Part shown: positions 13,138 through 24,648 of the stretch, piece by piece
Position numbering within the stretch: position 1 is the stretch's first letter
How the letters are laid out: every line of letters begins with the position of its first letter
Source of the DNA: Eledone cirrhosa
Taxonomy: Eukaryota
Length of the DNA stretch: 64,000 bases
Assembly: GCA_964016885.1 (NCBI GenBank)
Contig: CAXHJY010001257.1
Coordinates: 124,001 to 188,000 of the forward strand
Direction of reading: 5' to 3'
Program-made: the position numbers and the translations under genes
The notes under the pieces: generated by a model
Database searches by the model: none
The model's input: only the letters and a program-made list of their open reading frames with translations
What the model was told of the DNA's origin: nothing

Positions 13138-14130
13138 GTGGTGGTGGTACTGACGTAGTGGTAGTGGTGGTGGTGTTGTAGTGTTGGTGGTACTGTTGTA
13201 GTGGTGGTGGTGGTGGTGTAGTGGTACTGTTGTAGTGGTGGTGGTGGTGTAGTGGTGGTACTGTCGTGGTGGTGGTGTTGTAGTGTTGGTGGTACTGTTG
13301 TTGTGGTGGTGGTGGTGGTGTTGTAGTGTTGGTGGTACTGTTGTTGTGGTGGTGGTGGTGTAGTGTTGGTGGTACTGTTGTGGTGGTGGTGGTGTTGTAG
13401 TGTTGGTGGTACTGTTGTAGTGGTGGTGGTGGTGGTGTAGTGGTACTGTTGTAGTGGTGGTGGTGGTGTAGTGGTGGTACTGTCGTGGTGGTGGTGTTGT
13501 AGTGTTGGTGGTACTGTTGTTGTGGTGGTGGTGGTGGTGTTGTAGTGTTGGTGGTACTGTTGTTGTGGTGGTGGTGGTGGTGTAGTGTTGGTGGTACTGT
13601 TGTAGTGGTTGTGGTGGTGGTGGTGGTGGTGGTGTAGTGGTGGTGATACTGTTGTAGTGGTGGTGTTGGTGGTACTGTTGTGGTGGTGGTGGTGGTGGTT
13701 GCCATGGTAACAATAATTGTTTTGTTGGTGTTGGCATAGAAGTTGTGGTTGTAGTGGTAGTGGTTGTGGTGGTAGTGGTAGGAGTGGTGGTGGTAGGAGT
13801 GGTGGTGGTGATTGTTTAGTTGATGTTTGCATAGTAGTAGTAGTAGCAGCAGTAGTAATAGTAGTAGTAGTAATGGTGGTAGTGGTATTGGTGGTAGTAG
13901 TAGTGGTGGTAGTGGTGGTAGTAGTAATGGTAGTAGTGGTGGTAGTAGTAGTGGTATTAGTGGTAGTAGTAGTGGTGGTAGTGGTGGTAGTGGTGGTAGT
14001 AGTAGTGGTGACAGTAGTAGTAGTAGTAGAGGTGGTGGTGACCGTAGTGGTAGTGGGGTGGTGGTGACAGTAGTAGTGGTGGTGGTAGTGGTAGTGTGGT
14101 GGTAGTAGTAGTAGTGGTGGTAGTAGTAAC

Positions 14131-14163
<33 letters not shown>

Positions 14164-14205
14164 GGTAGTAACAGTAGTAGTAGTGGTAGTAACAGTAGTA
14201 GTAAT
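13138..14205. repeat. (GGT/GTA/GTT)n compound trinucleotide array
   Basis: Direct reading; poly-T/P/H ORFs are artefacts. Confidence 0.92.
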
Positions 14206-14339
14206 TGTTAGTCATTGGACAATAAACTTAATTAAAAAAGCGACTCGTTAGTCTTCCTCTTTGTCAACCTTCCTCGTTACTTAATTAAACTAATTAGTGT
14301 TGAGGCCACATTCTAATTATGTAAACAACAACAGATCTT

Positions 14340-14735
14340 GATTCAGGCACAAGGCTAGCAATATAGGGGGAGGAGTAAGTTGATTAAATCAGCCCAGTGT
14401 ATTACTGGTACTTTATTTTATCAACCCCTGAAATAATTGTTTCTACTTTAGGCACAAGGCCAGCAATTACCCCAGTGTATTACTGGTACTTTATTTTATT
14501 GACCCCGTAAGGATGAAAGGCAAAGTTAACCTTGGCGGGATTTGAACTGAGACCGTTAAGGGCCGTAACTCTATGCTGCAAAGCATGGCGTCAGACCCTC
14601 TACCGATACTCTGCTAATACCCCGCCCTTAATGCTAATAATGGTTTCTGATTTTGGTACAAGACTACCAATTGTTTTAGGGGGAAAGTAAATTTAACTGA
14701 CCCCAGTGTGCTACTGGTACTTTATTTTATCGACT
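14340..14735 (-). mobile_element. SINE family B copies and fragments
   Basis: ccccagtgtattactggtactttattttatcgacccc...gggatttgaact (reverse-strand B box); related copies at about 16505, 48160 and 58330-59030. Confidence 0.7.
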
Positions 14736-14737
14736 TA

Positions 14738-15333
14738 CCCAGACTCTGCTGCACATCGGGCCATGGAGGGTCAACTCTCCAAATATCGGTTGTTCTCAGA
14801 TAGGTTTGCAGTCGAGCCCCTAGCATTGGAGACTTCTGGTGTCCTTGGCCCTAGGACCACTTACCTACTGACCACAGAGTTGGTTACCTGTAGCAGTGGA
14901 GACTTCTGGTGTCCTTGGCCCTAGGACCACCTCCCTCCTGACCACAGAGTTGGCTACCTGTAGCAGTGGAGTCTTCTGGTGTCCTTGGCCCTAGGACCAC
15001 CTCCCTACTGACCACAGAGTTGGCTACCTGTAGCAGTGGAGTCTTCTGGTGTCCTTGGCCCTAGGACCACCTCCCTACTGACCACAGAGTTGGCTACCTG
15101 TAGCAGTGGAGACTTCTGGTGTCCTTGGCTCTAGGACCACCATCCTACTGACCACAGAGTTGGCTACCTGTAGCAGTGGAGACTTCTGGTGTCCTTGGCC
15201 CTAGGACCACCATCCTACTGACCACAGAGTTGGCTACCTGTAGCAGTGGAGACTTCTGGTGTCCTTGGCCCTAGGACCACCTCCCTACTCACCACAGAGT
15301 TGGCTACCTGTAGCAGTGGAGTCTTCTGGTGTC
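14738..15333 (+). repeat. 70-bp tandem array (about 7 copies) continuing from a probable CRE-like restriction-like-endonuclease (RLE) coding fragment
   Basis: Period 70 (14831, 14901, 14971...15321); the lead-in translates SAAHRAMEGQLSKYRLFSDRFAVEPLALETSGVLG. Confidence 0.75.
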
Positions 15334-15374
15334 TGTTCGTTGGGTCCACATGGGCCCCATTTGCTCATAATAGT

Positions 15375-16465
15375 GAGAGATGGGAAAAGATGGAGGCAGT
15401 GACAGTAGGATTTTGGTTCCTTTGTGTTCAGACCTGGGGTATATGAGAGATGGGGAGAGACAGAGGCCATGGCAGTGGGAGTTTGATTCCTCTGTGTTGG
15501 GACCTGGGGTATATGAGAGATATGGAGAGGCAGTGATAGTGGGGGTTTGGTTCCTCTGTGTTGGGACCTGGGGTATATGAGAGATATGGAGAGGCAGTGA
15601 CAGTGGGAGTTTGATTCCTCTGTGTTGGGACCTGGGGTATATGAGAGATATGGAGAGACAGAGGCAGTGACAGTGGGGGTTTGGTTCCTCTGTGTTGGGA
15701 CCTGGGGTATATGAGAGATGGGGAGAGACAGAGGCAGTAACAGTGGGGGTTTGGTTCCTCTGTGTTGGGACCTGGGGTATATGAGAGATGGGGAGAGACA
15801 GAGGCAGTGACAGTGGGAGTTTGGTTCCTCTGTGTTGGGACCTGGGGTATATGGGAGATGGGGAGAGACAGTGACAGTGGGAGTTTGGTTCCTCTATGTT
15901 GGGACCTGGGGTATATGAAAGATGGGGAGAGACAGAGGCAGTGACAGTGGGAGTTTGGTTCCTCTGTGTTGGGACCTGGGCTATATGAGAGATGGGGAGA
16001 GACAGAGGCAGTGACAGTGGGAGTTTGGTTCCTCTGTGTTGGGACCTGGGGTATATGAGAGATGGGGAGAGACAGTGACAGTGGGAGTTTGGTTCCTCTG
16101 TGTTGGGACCTGGGGTATATGAGAGATGGGGAGAGACAGTGACAGTGGGAGTTTGGTTCCTCTGTGTTGGGACCTGGGGTATATGAGAGATATGGAGAGA
16201 CAGAGGCAGCGACAGTGGGGGTTTGGTTCCTCTGTGTTGGGACCTGGGGTATATGAGAGATGGGGAGAGACAGAGGCAGTGACAGTGGGGGTTTGGTTCC
16301 TCTGTGTTGGGACCTGGGGTATATGAGAGATGGGGAGAGACAGAGGCAGTGACAGTGGGGGTTTGGTTCCTCTGTGTTGGGACCTGGGGTATATGAGAGA
16401 TGGGGAGAGACAGAGGCAGTGACAGTGGGGGTTTGGTTCCTCTGTGTTGGGACCTGGGGTATATG
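15375..16465 (+). repeat. G-rich 64-72-bp minisatellite, about 16 copies
   Basis: Unit ggggtatatgagagatggggagagacagaggcagtgacagtgggggtttggttcctctgtgttgggacct. Confidence 0.92.
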
Positions 16466-16574
16466 TGTTTCTCAGACACACACTTATAACTGTCTTTTTA
16501 TAGTGTTTTATCGACACCAGGCGGATGAGAGGTCAAGTTAACCTCAGTGGGATTTGAACTCAGAACCTAGAAGG

Positions 16575-16880
16575 CCACTACCACCACCACTACCACTACT
16601 ACCACTACTACTACTACCACTACTACCACCACCACTACCACTACTACCACCACCACTACTACTACTACCACCACCACCACTACAACTACCACCACTACAA
16701 CTACTACCACTACCACCACCACCACTACTACAACCACTACCACTACCACCACCACTACTACTACAACTACTACTACTACTACCACCACCACCACTACTAC
16801 CACTACTATTACCAGCACCACTACTACCACCACCACTACCACTACTACAACTACCGCCACTACTACCACCACCACAACTA
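16575..16880. repeat. (CCA/CTA)n trinucleotide tract
   Basis: Direct reading. Confidence 0.92.
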
Positions 16881-16908
16881 CAGATTAACGAAAGCTCTTG
16901 ATTATTAA

Positions 16909-16983
16909 CTGTCTCTCTGTCTGTCTCTCTGTCTGTCTGTCTGTCTCTCTGTCTGTCTCTCTGTCTGTCTGTCTGTCTGTCTC

Positions 16984-17034
<51 letters not shown>

Positions 17035-18963
17035 GTCTGTATGTCTCTCTCTCTCTCTGCCTCTCTGTCTCTCTCTCTCTGTGTCTCTCTGTGTGTCTCT
17101 CTCTCTCTGTGTCTCTCTGTCTGTCTGTCTCTCTGTCTGTCTGTCTCTCTGTGTGTCTGTGTCTCTCTCTCTGTCTCTCTGTCTCTCTCTCTGTCTCTCT
17201 CTTTCTGTCTCTCTGTCTGTCTCTCTGTCTGTCTCTCTGTCTGTCTCTCTGTCTGTCTCTCTGTCTGTCTCTCTCTCTGTCTCTCTCTGTCTCTCTCTCT
17301 GTCTCTCTCTCTGTCTCTCTCTCTGTCTCTCTCTCTGTCTCTCTCTTTCTGTCTCTCTGTCTGTCTCTCTGTCTGTCTCTCTCTCTGTCTCTCTGTCTGT
17401 CTCTCTGTCTGTCTCTCTCTCTCTGTCTCTCTCTCTGTCTCTCTCTCTGTCTCTCTCTTTCTGTCTCTCTGTCTGTCTCTCTGTCTGTCTCTCTGTCTGT
17501 CTCTCTGTCTGTCTCTCTCTCTCTCTGTCTCTCTCTCTGTCTCTCTCTCTGTCTCTCTCTTTCTGTCTCTCTGTCTCTCTCTCTGTCTCTCTCTCTGTCT
17601 CTCTCTTTCTGTCTCTCTCTTTCTGTCTCTCTGTCTGTCTCTCTCTCTGTCTCTCTGTCTGTCTCTCTCTCTGTCTCTCTCTCTGTCTCTGTCTCTCTCT
17701 CTGTCTCTCTCTCTCTGTCTCTCTGTCTGTCTCTCTGTCTGTCTCTCTGTGTGTCTCTCTGTCTGTCTCTCTCTCTGTCTCTCTGTCTGTCTCTCTCTCT
17801 GTCTCTCTGTCTGTCTCTCTGTCTGTCTCTCTCTCTGTCTCTCTGTCTGTCTCTCTGTCTGTCTCTCTCTCTGTCTGTCTCTCTCTCTGTCTCTCTCTCT
17901 GTCTCTCTCTCTGTCTCTCTCTCTGTCTCTCTCTTTCTGTCTCTCTGTCTGTCTCTCTGTCTGCCTCTCTGTCTGTCTCTCTGTCTGTCTCTCTGTCTGT
18001 CTCTCTCTCTGTCTCTCTCTCTGTCTCTCTGTCTGTCTCTCTCTCTGTCTCTCTCTCTGTCTCTCTCTCTGTCTCTCTCTTTCTGTCTCTCTGTCTGTCT
18101 CTCTCTCTGTCTCTCTGTCTGTCTCTCTCTCTGTCTCTCTGTCTGTCTCTCTGTCTGTCTCTCTCTCTGTCTCTCTCTCTGCCTCTGTCTCTCTCTCTGT
18201 CTCTCTCTTTCTGTCTCTCTGTCTGTCTCTCTGTCTGTCTCTCTGTCTGTCTCTCTGTGTGTCTCTCTCTCTGTCTCTCTGTCTGTCTCTCTCTCTGTCT
18301 CTCTGTCTGTCTCTCTGTCTGTCTGTCTCTCTGTCTGTCTCTCTGTCTGTCTCTCTCTCTGTCTGTCTCTCTCTCTGTCTCTCTCTCTGTCTCTCTCTCT
18401 GTCTCTCTCTCTGTCTCTCTCTTTCTGTCTCTCTCTCTCTGTGTCTCTGTCTGTCTCTCTCTCTGTCTCTCTGTCTGTCTCTCTCTCTGTCTCTCTCTCT
18501 GTCTCTCTCTCTGTCTCTCTCTCTGTCTCTCTCTCTCTCTCTGTCTCTCTGTCTGTCTCTCTGTCTGTCTCTCTGTGTGTCTCTCTGTCTGTCTCTCTCT
18601 CTGTCTCTCTGTCTGTCTCTCTGTGTGTCTCTCTGTCTGTCTCTCTGTGTCTCTCTGTGTGTCTCTCTGTGTGTCTCTCTGTCTGTCTCTCTGTCTCTCT
18701 GTCTCTCTGTCTGTCTCTCTCTCTGTCTCTCTCTCTGTCTCTCTCTCTCTGTCTCTCTGTCTGTCTCTCTCTCTCTGTCTCTCTGTCTGTCTCTCTCTCT
18801 CTGTCTCACTGTGTGTCTCTCTGTCTGTCTCTCTGTGTCTCTCTCTGTCTGTCTCTCTGTGTCTCTCTCTGTCTGTCTCTCTGTGGCTCTCTCTGTCTGT
18901 CTCTCTGTGGCTCTCTCTGTCTGTCTCTCTGTGGCTCTCTCTGTCTCTCTCTCTTCTCTCTCT
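16909..18963. repeat. 2-kb (CT)n/(CTGT)n compound microsatellite
   Basis: Direct reading; the ERQR/SLSV ORFs of 600-700 aa are artefacts. Confidence 0.95.
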
Positions 18964-19085
18964 GAAGTGAGTTTTATTGTAGTACAATAAAGCAATGCAG
19001 ATATCGGATAAGAAGCACTCAACAGTTTGTAGGACTGGAGTATACATAATATATAAAATCAAAAGATGGTTAAAAGAGTTCCATG

Positions 19086-19156
19086 TATTTTATTATGCGC
19101 ATTTCAAAAACAAATATCATCATGCAATAACATTTGCGTTTTCGTCAGATAAAATA
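19086..19156 (-). ncRNA. Type I hammerhead ribozyme motif
   Basis: tattttat-CTGACGA-aaacgcaaatgttatt/gatgatatttgttttt-GAAA-tgcgca-TA^ataaaata. Confidence 0.75.
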
Positions 19157-19601
19157 GGGAGACATGATATGAAGGTTAAAACACACTTATTCTTAATACA
19201 TATTAACAATTTCTTTTCATTGCACATATTATTAAACCCTTCAATATACAAACCTTAACTTAACATTATTTTTCTCTTCGTTAATTTTCAAATTCTTTTA
19301 ATTTATATATTATCTTCCAACGTTTTTTCAACCTCTCTCTCTGTAAAACAATATATTTTTCTCAGTTGTAAAAGCTATCTCTCTCTCTCTCTATCACCCA
19401 TCTCTCCTCCTATCTCATCCTTCCTTATTATATTCCTCACCCTTCATTCTTTACTCTCGTCTCCTCCTCTTTTTCATCCTTTCCAACGCCCCCTCACATT
19501 TTTTTTTCCAAATATCACACATCAATCTAAAACTACTTTTCATATGTTGATTTAAAACTGCACTATTCACAAGTGTTTTTAACCTTCATAGCATGTCTTC
19601 C

Positions 19602-19672
19602 TGTTTTATCTGACGAAAACACAAATGTCATCGCATGATGATATTTGTTTTTGAAATGCGCATAATAAAATA
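19602..19672 (+). ncRNA. Type I hammerhead ribozyme motif
   Basis: tgttttat-CTGACGA-aaacacaaatgtcatc/gatgatatttgttttt-GAAA-tgcgca-TA^ataaaata. Confidence 0.75.
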
Positions 19673-19787
19673 CATGGAACTCTTTTAACCATCTTTTGAT
19701 CTTATATATAATACATATAGGTATATATATATATTTATGCATATATATATATACATACATTATATATTTATACACACACATACACCA

Positions 19788-22700
19788 TCATCATCATCAT
19801 CATCGTTTAACGTCCATCTTCCACGCTTGCATGGGTTTGGACGGGAGTTTTCCCACTTGAGGCAAGAGTGGTTGTCTTGTTCGCATAGGACTGTCTGGCG
19901 GGTTTTCTACAGCTTGATGCCCTTCCTAACAACAACCACATTTACAGTGTGGGGCTGGGAGGTTTTAACCGTGTTACCTACACGGCCACATTACAGCGTG
20001 GACTGTGTGTTTTTTTGTCGTGACACCTACACGATCTCATTTGTTTCGGCCTGGATTTTGTGGCACCAACATAACTTTACATTGAAAGGGGCGGTGTGGA
20101 TGGGGTGGGGGGACGGGGGGTGTATTTTGTTAGAGATGCCTACTGACTGTAGTAGGTTTGACTTTGTATTTAGGTAAGGCGGGTCTTCTCTGTTACTGAG
20201 TACTGCCAAAGGTCTCGGTCCAGTGACATTGTCTTGGAGAGGTGTAAGTGTGTGAGGTCGGAATTTATCAGCTCGTCCCAGGTTTTTCTGGGTCTGCCTA
20301 CTCCGTGGCTACCGTCTATCTTTATTGCCCTGCACTTTGCTATACAGCTGTCGTCTTTCATGCGCATCACGTGACCATACCAACGTAGCCTTCTCTCGAG
20401 TAAACAACATCTGATCCCTCTTATTTCTAATTTTTCCCTTAGTTCGTTTATGCTTTGCCGTTCGCGTATATTACTATTACACATCCAGCGGAGCATGCAA
20501 GCTTCGTTCCTCTCTAGTCTGCGTATATCCTCTGCACACAATGCCCAGGTCTCACTGCCATGCAACATTGCTGTTCGTATGCAGGCATCATACAACCTGC
20601 CTTTCATTTTTAGGGAGAACCCTTTAGCGGCTAATAGTGGTATAAGCTCTCTGAACTTTTTCCATCCAGTTCTGACTCTAGCTACTGTACTTTCAGAGCA
20701 CCCTCCCCCACTGCTGATTTTGTCACCCAGGTAACGGAAGCTGTCCACTATTTCTATAGAACCCTCTGCGCAGTTGAAAGAGCTAGTATTTTGTGGGCAC
20801 TTGCTGCTACTTATTGCACCAGAGCACCGGCCACATGTAAAATCTGTGGTCTTAGTTAGCTTACCTGTGATCCTACTACATCTTTTATGCACCCATACTT
20901 TGCATTTGGGACATAAAATGGAGTTTCTACCTACGCCTTTCCTACACACTGAGCATGGCCATTTCCCGGAAGGGACCGGCGCCTTATTTTCTTTCCTATA
21001 AACTAGAACTTTAGTCTTAGCCAGGTTAATTTTAAGGCCTTTTGATTCTAGGCCGTGCTTCCATGTTTGGAATTTCTTCTCTAGCTCGGCCATTAATTCA
21101 GCTATGAGCGTTAGGTCATCTGCGTATAGGAGTTCCCATGGGCAGCCGGTCTTGAACTCCTCTGTTATAGCCTGAAGAGCAATAATAAATAGTAGGGGGC
21201 TAAGAACAGAGCCCTGATGGACACCAACTTTTACGCTAAACTCTTCACTATATTCGTTGTTAATTCTAACCTTCCTCACTGTTTCTTTATACATGGCTTG
21301 TATAGCTCTCACAAGCCATTCGTCAACACCTAGTTTTCTAAGAGCCCATCAGATAATGGAACGGGGGACTCTGTCGAAGGCTTTCTCCAAGTCGACAAAG
21401 GCTAAGTATAGGGGTTTACTTTTAGCTAGGTACTTCTCCTGTAGTTGTCGTACAATGAAAAGAGCGTCTGTGGTACTTTTGCCTGACACAAACCCGAACT
21501 GCATTTCATCTAGATCGATTCTCTCTCTGATTAGTTGCACTATTACTTTTTCCGTGACCTTCATGACCTGGTCGATTAATTTAATGCCTCTATAGTTACT
21601 CCTATCTAGGGCGTCTCCTTTACCCTTGTAACAGTTAATGATGATGCTGCTACTCCAGTCCTTCGGAACAACCCCATTCTGTATGACTTGGTTTACTATC
21701 CGGGTGACCATGGTGTGTCCTACCGTTCCAGAGGCCTTCAGCATCTCAGCAACTATTTCCGAAGGCCCAGCCGCCTTACCCGTCTTCATATCTTTGATTG
21801 CCTTACTTATTATACTACCTTCAACTAACACTGCTGGTCCCTCTATTGGATTGATCTGGGGGAGACTATCCTTCTCCCATTTATTCTCCTCATTTAGTAG
21901 CCTCTCGTAGTGACACTTCCAAGCGACCTTCTTGTCAGTGATGGCGAGTACGCCATCATCATTTAGTACACACTTCTCCCCAACAATATCACGGTTTTCC
22001 TTGACACATTGCCTAGCAATCCTGAACACCTCACGTTTTTGGTCCTCGCGTTGTAGAACATGCTTGAACTTTCTTTCCTCTGCTTCCCTTCTTGCGAAGT
22101 ACACTTGTCTCCTAGCTTCCCTCCTGGCCACTTGATAGTCTTCTCTACTTCCCCCATCCCGCCATACTTTCCAAGCCTGCTTTTTGGCCTTAATCGACTC
22201 CTCCACCTTACTGTTCCACCACCATGTTACTCTCCTCCTACCTATAGGCCTGCTCCGGCCACAGACTTCGTCTGTCGCCATCAGCAGGTTTGCTTTCAGA
22301 AATTCCCACTGTCCCTCTATATTGTCCGACTCTAAATGCTCTTCCTTACTGTCGAAAGCATCAAGTAATATGCTTTGAAATTTATTTCTGGCTGTGGGGT
22401 CCTTTAGCTTCCATATTTTTCTCCTGAGGATAGTCCTCTTCTGCTGTCGAGTACGTCTCGTCTTGACTATGAGGTCGCTAATTATCAGTCTATGTTGGGA
22501 GGTGCATTCTTCATGGGGGAGGGATTTAGTGTTTACGACAGACACTCTGTCACGTCTTCTGGTAAGGATATAATCTACCTGGCTGGTATGTTCCTCTGAT
22601 CTATAGGTGATCAAGGGATTGTCTCGTTTTTTGAAGTTAGTGTTACAGATAGTTAGGTTATTTGCGTCACAGAATTCCAGGATTCTGGAGCCTTCCTCAT

Positions 22701-23730
22701 TTCTAGTACCAAACCCATAGCCTCCATGGATTTCATCATAGCCGTCACAATGTTGTCCAACGTGACCATTTAGGTCGCCAGCAATAATTATATAGTCACT
22801 GTCGGTTATTTGGGAGGTAGTGAGCATCAGTGTCTCATAGAAAGTGTCTTTTATAGCGCCAGGCAGTCCGGATTGGGGTGCGTACGCAGATATTATCGTC
22901 ACAGTAGTTCTATTTAGAACAAGTCTTATTTTAATTATTCTGTCGTTTACTCTATTTACGTCTATCTTATCCACCCATTTTTCTGCTAACATGATTCCTA
23001 CCCCACCCAGCCCATTGTCATTTCCCACCCAGAAAAGCTTATAGCATCGTTTTTTACCCACAATGAATCTAGCAGACCCGCCCTCCACCTGGTCTCTTGG
23101 ATGCAGCAGACATCAACCTCCTTATGTTCAAGCATTTCTACAACCTCGTTTTGCGGCCTTTTAAGGTCCCTACATTCATGGTACCAACTCTGAAGTTTTG
23201 GATTGCGTTTGGTGGGTGGGGTGCAGGGAGGGGTGTGGTTGATGGGGTTGGGGTTATGTTGACCATCCGCGGCCGCAACAAAGAGGGTGGAGCTTTGCCC
23301 TTTCGTCCGGCAGCATGAGGTGAATTTGTCGTTATCTTTTGCATTGTCTTCGGGTGTCCAGATTCTTCTGACTCTCCAGAAAATTCCCTAGTTCATCCAT
23401 CATATCGAAAAAGCAACCAGAAGTGCTAGCATAGGTCGTTTACTTGTGATTGGTCCAAATAATAAGGTGGAGAGTGGGGGCGGGAGGGAGGGGTATGGGG
23501 TAGTTTGCGAGGAGCAGAATTATTTTTAGAACAACGGTGAGACATTTTTAGAACAACGGTGAGACGGAACAGAATTATAGAAAGCCAATTTTGAATACGA
23601 TTTTTTGATTCTGGGGGATTGTAAGATATATAGATGAATGAACCGAATGTGGAGAGTTGAGAAGAAATGAATATGTACGTTACATTTCGTAGAAGAAAAC
23701 TGAACAAGCGACCATCAATAATAGGAGACA
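19788..23730 (-). mobile_element. Near full-length RTE-clade LINE (RTE-1) with a long 3' UTR and (GAT)n tail; 5' boundary approximate
   Basis: APE and RT coding segments 23138-23344, 21349-23088 and 20170-21312; (cat)n at 19788-19803. Confidence 0.9.
20170..23344 (-). pseudogene. RTE-1 ORF (APE endonuclease, reverse transcriptase, Cys-rich insert), frameshifted
   Basis: GTMNVGTL, SAYAPQ, GDLNGHVG, VDYIL, SQHRL, YRGIKL, VDLEKAFDRV, GVHQGSVLSP, YADD, RRLRWYGHV; at least two frameshifts. Confidence 0.92.
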
Positions 23731-24648
23731 AATATATATATATACTTACATTATATATTTATACACACACATACACCATATATATATATATATATACATA
23801 CATTATATATTTGTACACACGCATACACCATATATATACATACATTATATATTTATACACACACATACACCACATATATATATATATACATTATATATTT
23901 ATACACACGCATACACCATATATATACATACATTATATATTTATACACACATACACCATATATATATATATATACATACATTATATATTTATACACACAT
24001 ACACCATATATATATATATACATTATATATTTATATACACATATACACCATATATATATATATATACATACATTATATATTTATACACACACATACACCA
24101 TATATATATATACATACATTCTATATTTATACACACATATACACCATATATATATACATACATTATATATTTATACACACACATACACCATATATATATA
24201 CATACATTATATATTTGTACACACGCATACACCATATATATACATACATTATATATTTATACACACACACATACACCACATATATATATATATATACATA
24301 CATTATATATTTATACACACATACACCATATATATATATATATACATACATTATATATTTATATACACACATACACCATATATATATATATATATATACA
24401 TACATTATATATTTATACACACACATACACCATATATATATATACATACATTCTATATTTATACACACATATACACCATATATATATATATATACATACA
24501 TTATATATTTATACACACACATACACCATATATATATATACATACATTATATATTTATACACACACATTATATATTTATACACACACATACACCATATAT
24601 ATATATATATATATATATACATACATTCTATATTTATACACACATATA
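23731..24648 (+). repeat. Minisatellite of about 45 bp (TA)n-catacattatatatttatacacacacatacacca; also at 19740-19787 and 28165-28270
   Basis: Direct reading. Confidence 0.9.

Larger units (their letters stand above)
18965..19712. mobile_element. Penelope-like element remnant with inverted repeats of about 140 bp (about 19050-19189 and 19570-19712)
   Basis: The arms are diverged reverse complements and each contains a complete hammerhead motif. Confidence 0.65.

Noticed and set aside
16885-19062. 600-725-aa ER/QR-rich and SL-rich ORFs
   Set aside because: Microsatellite translations
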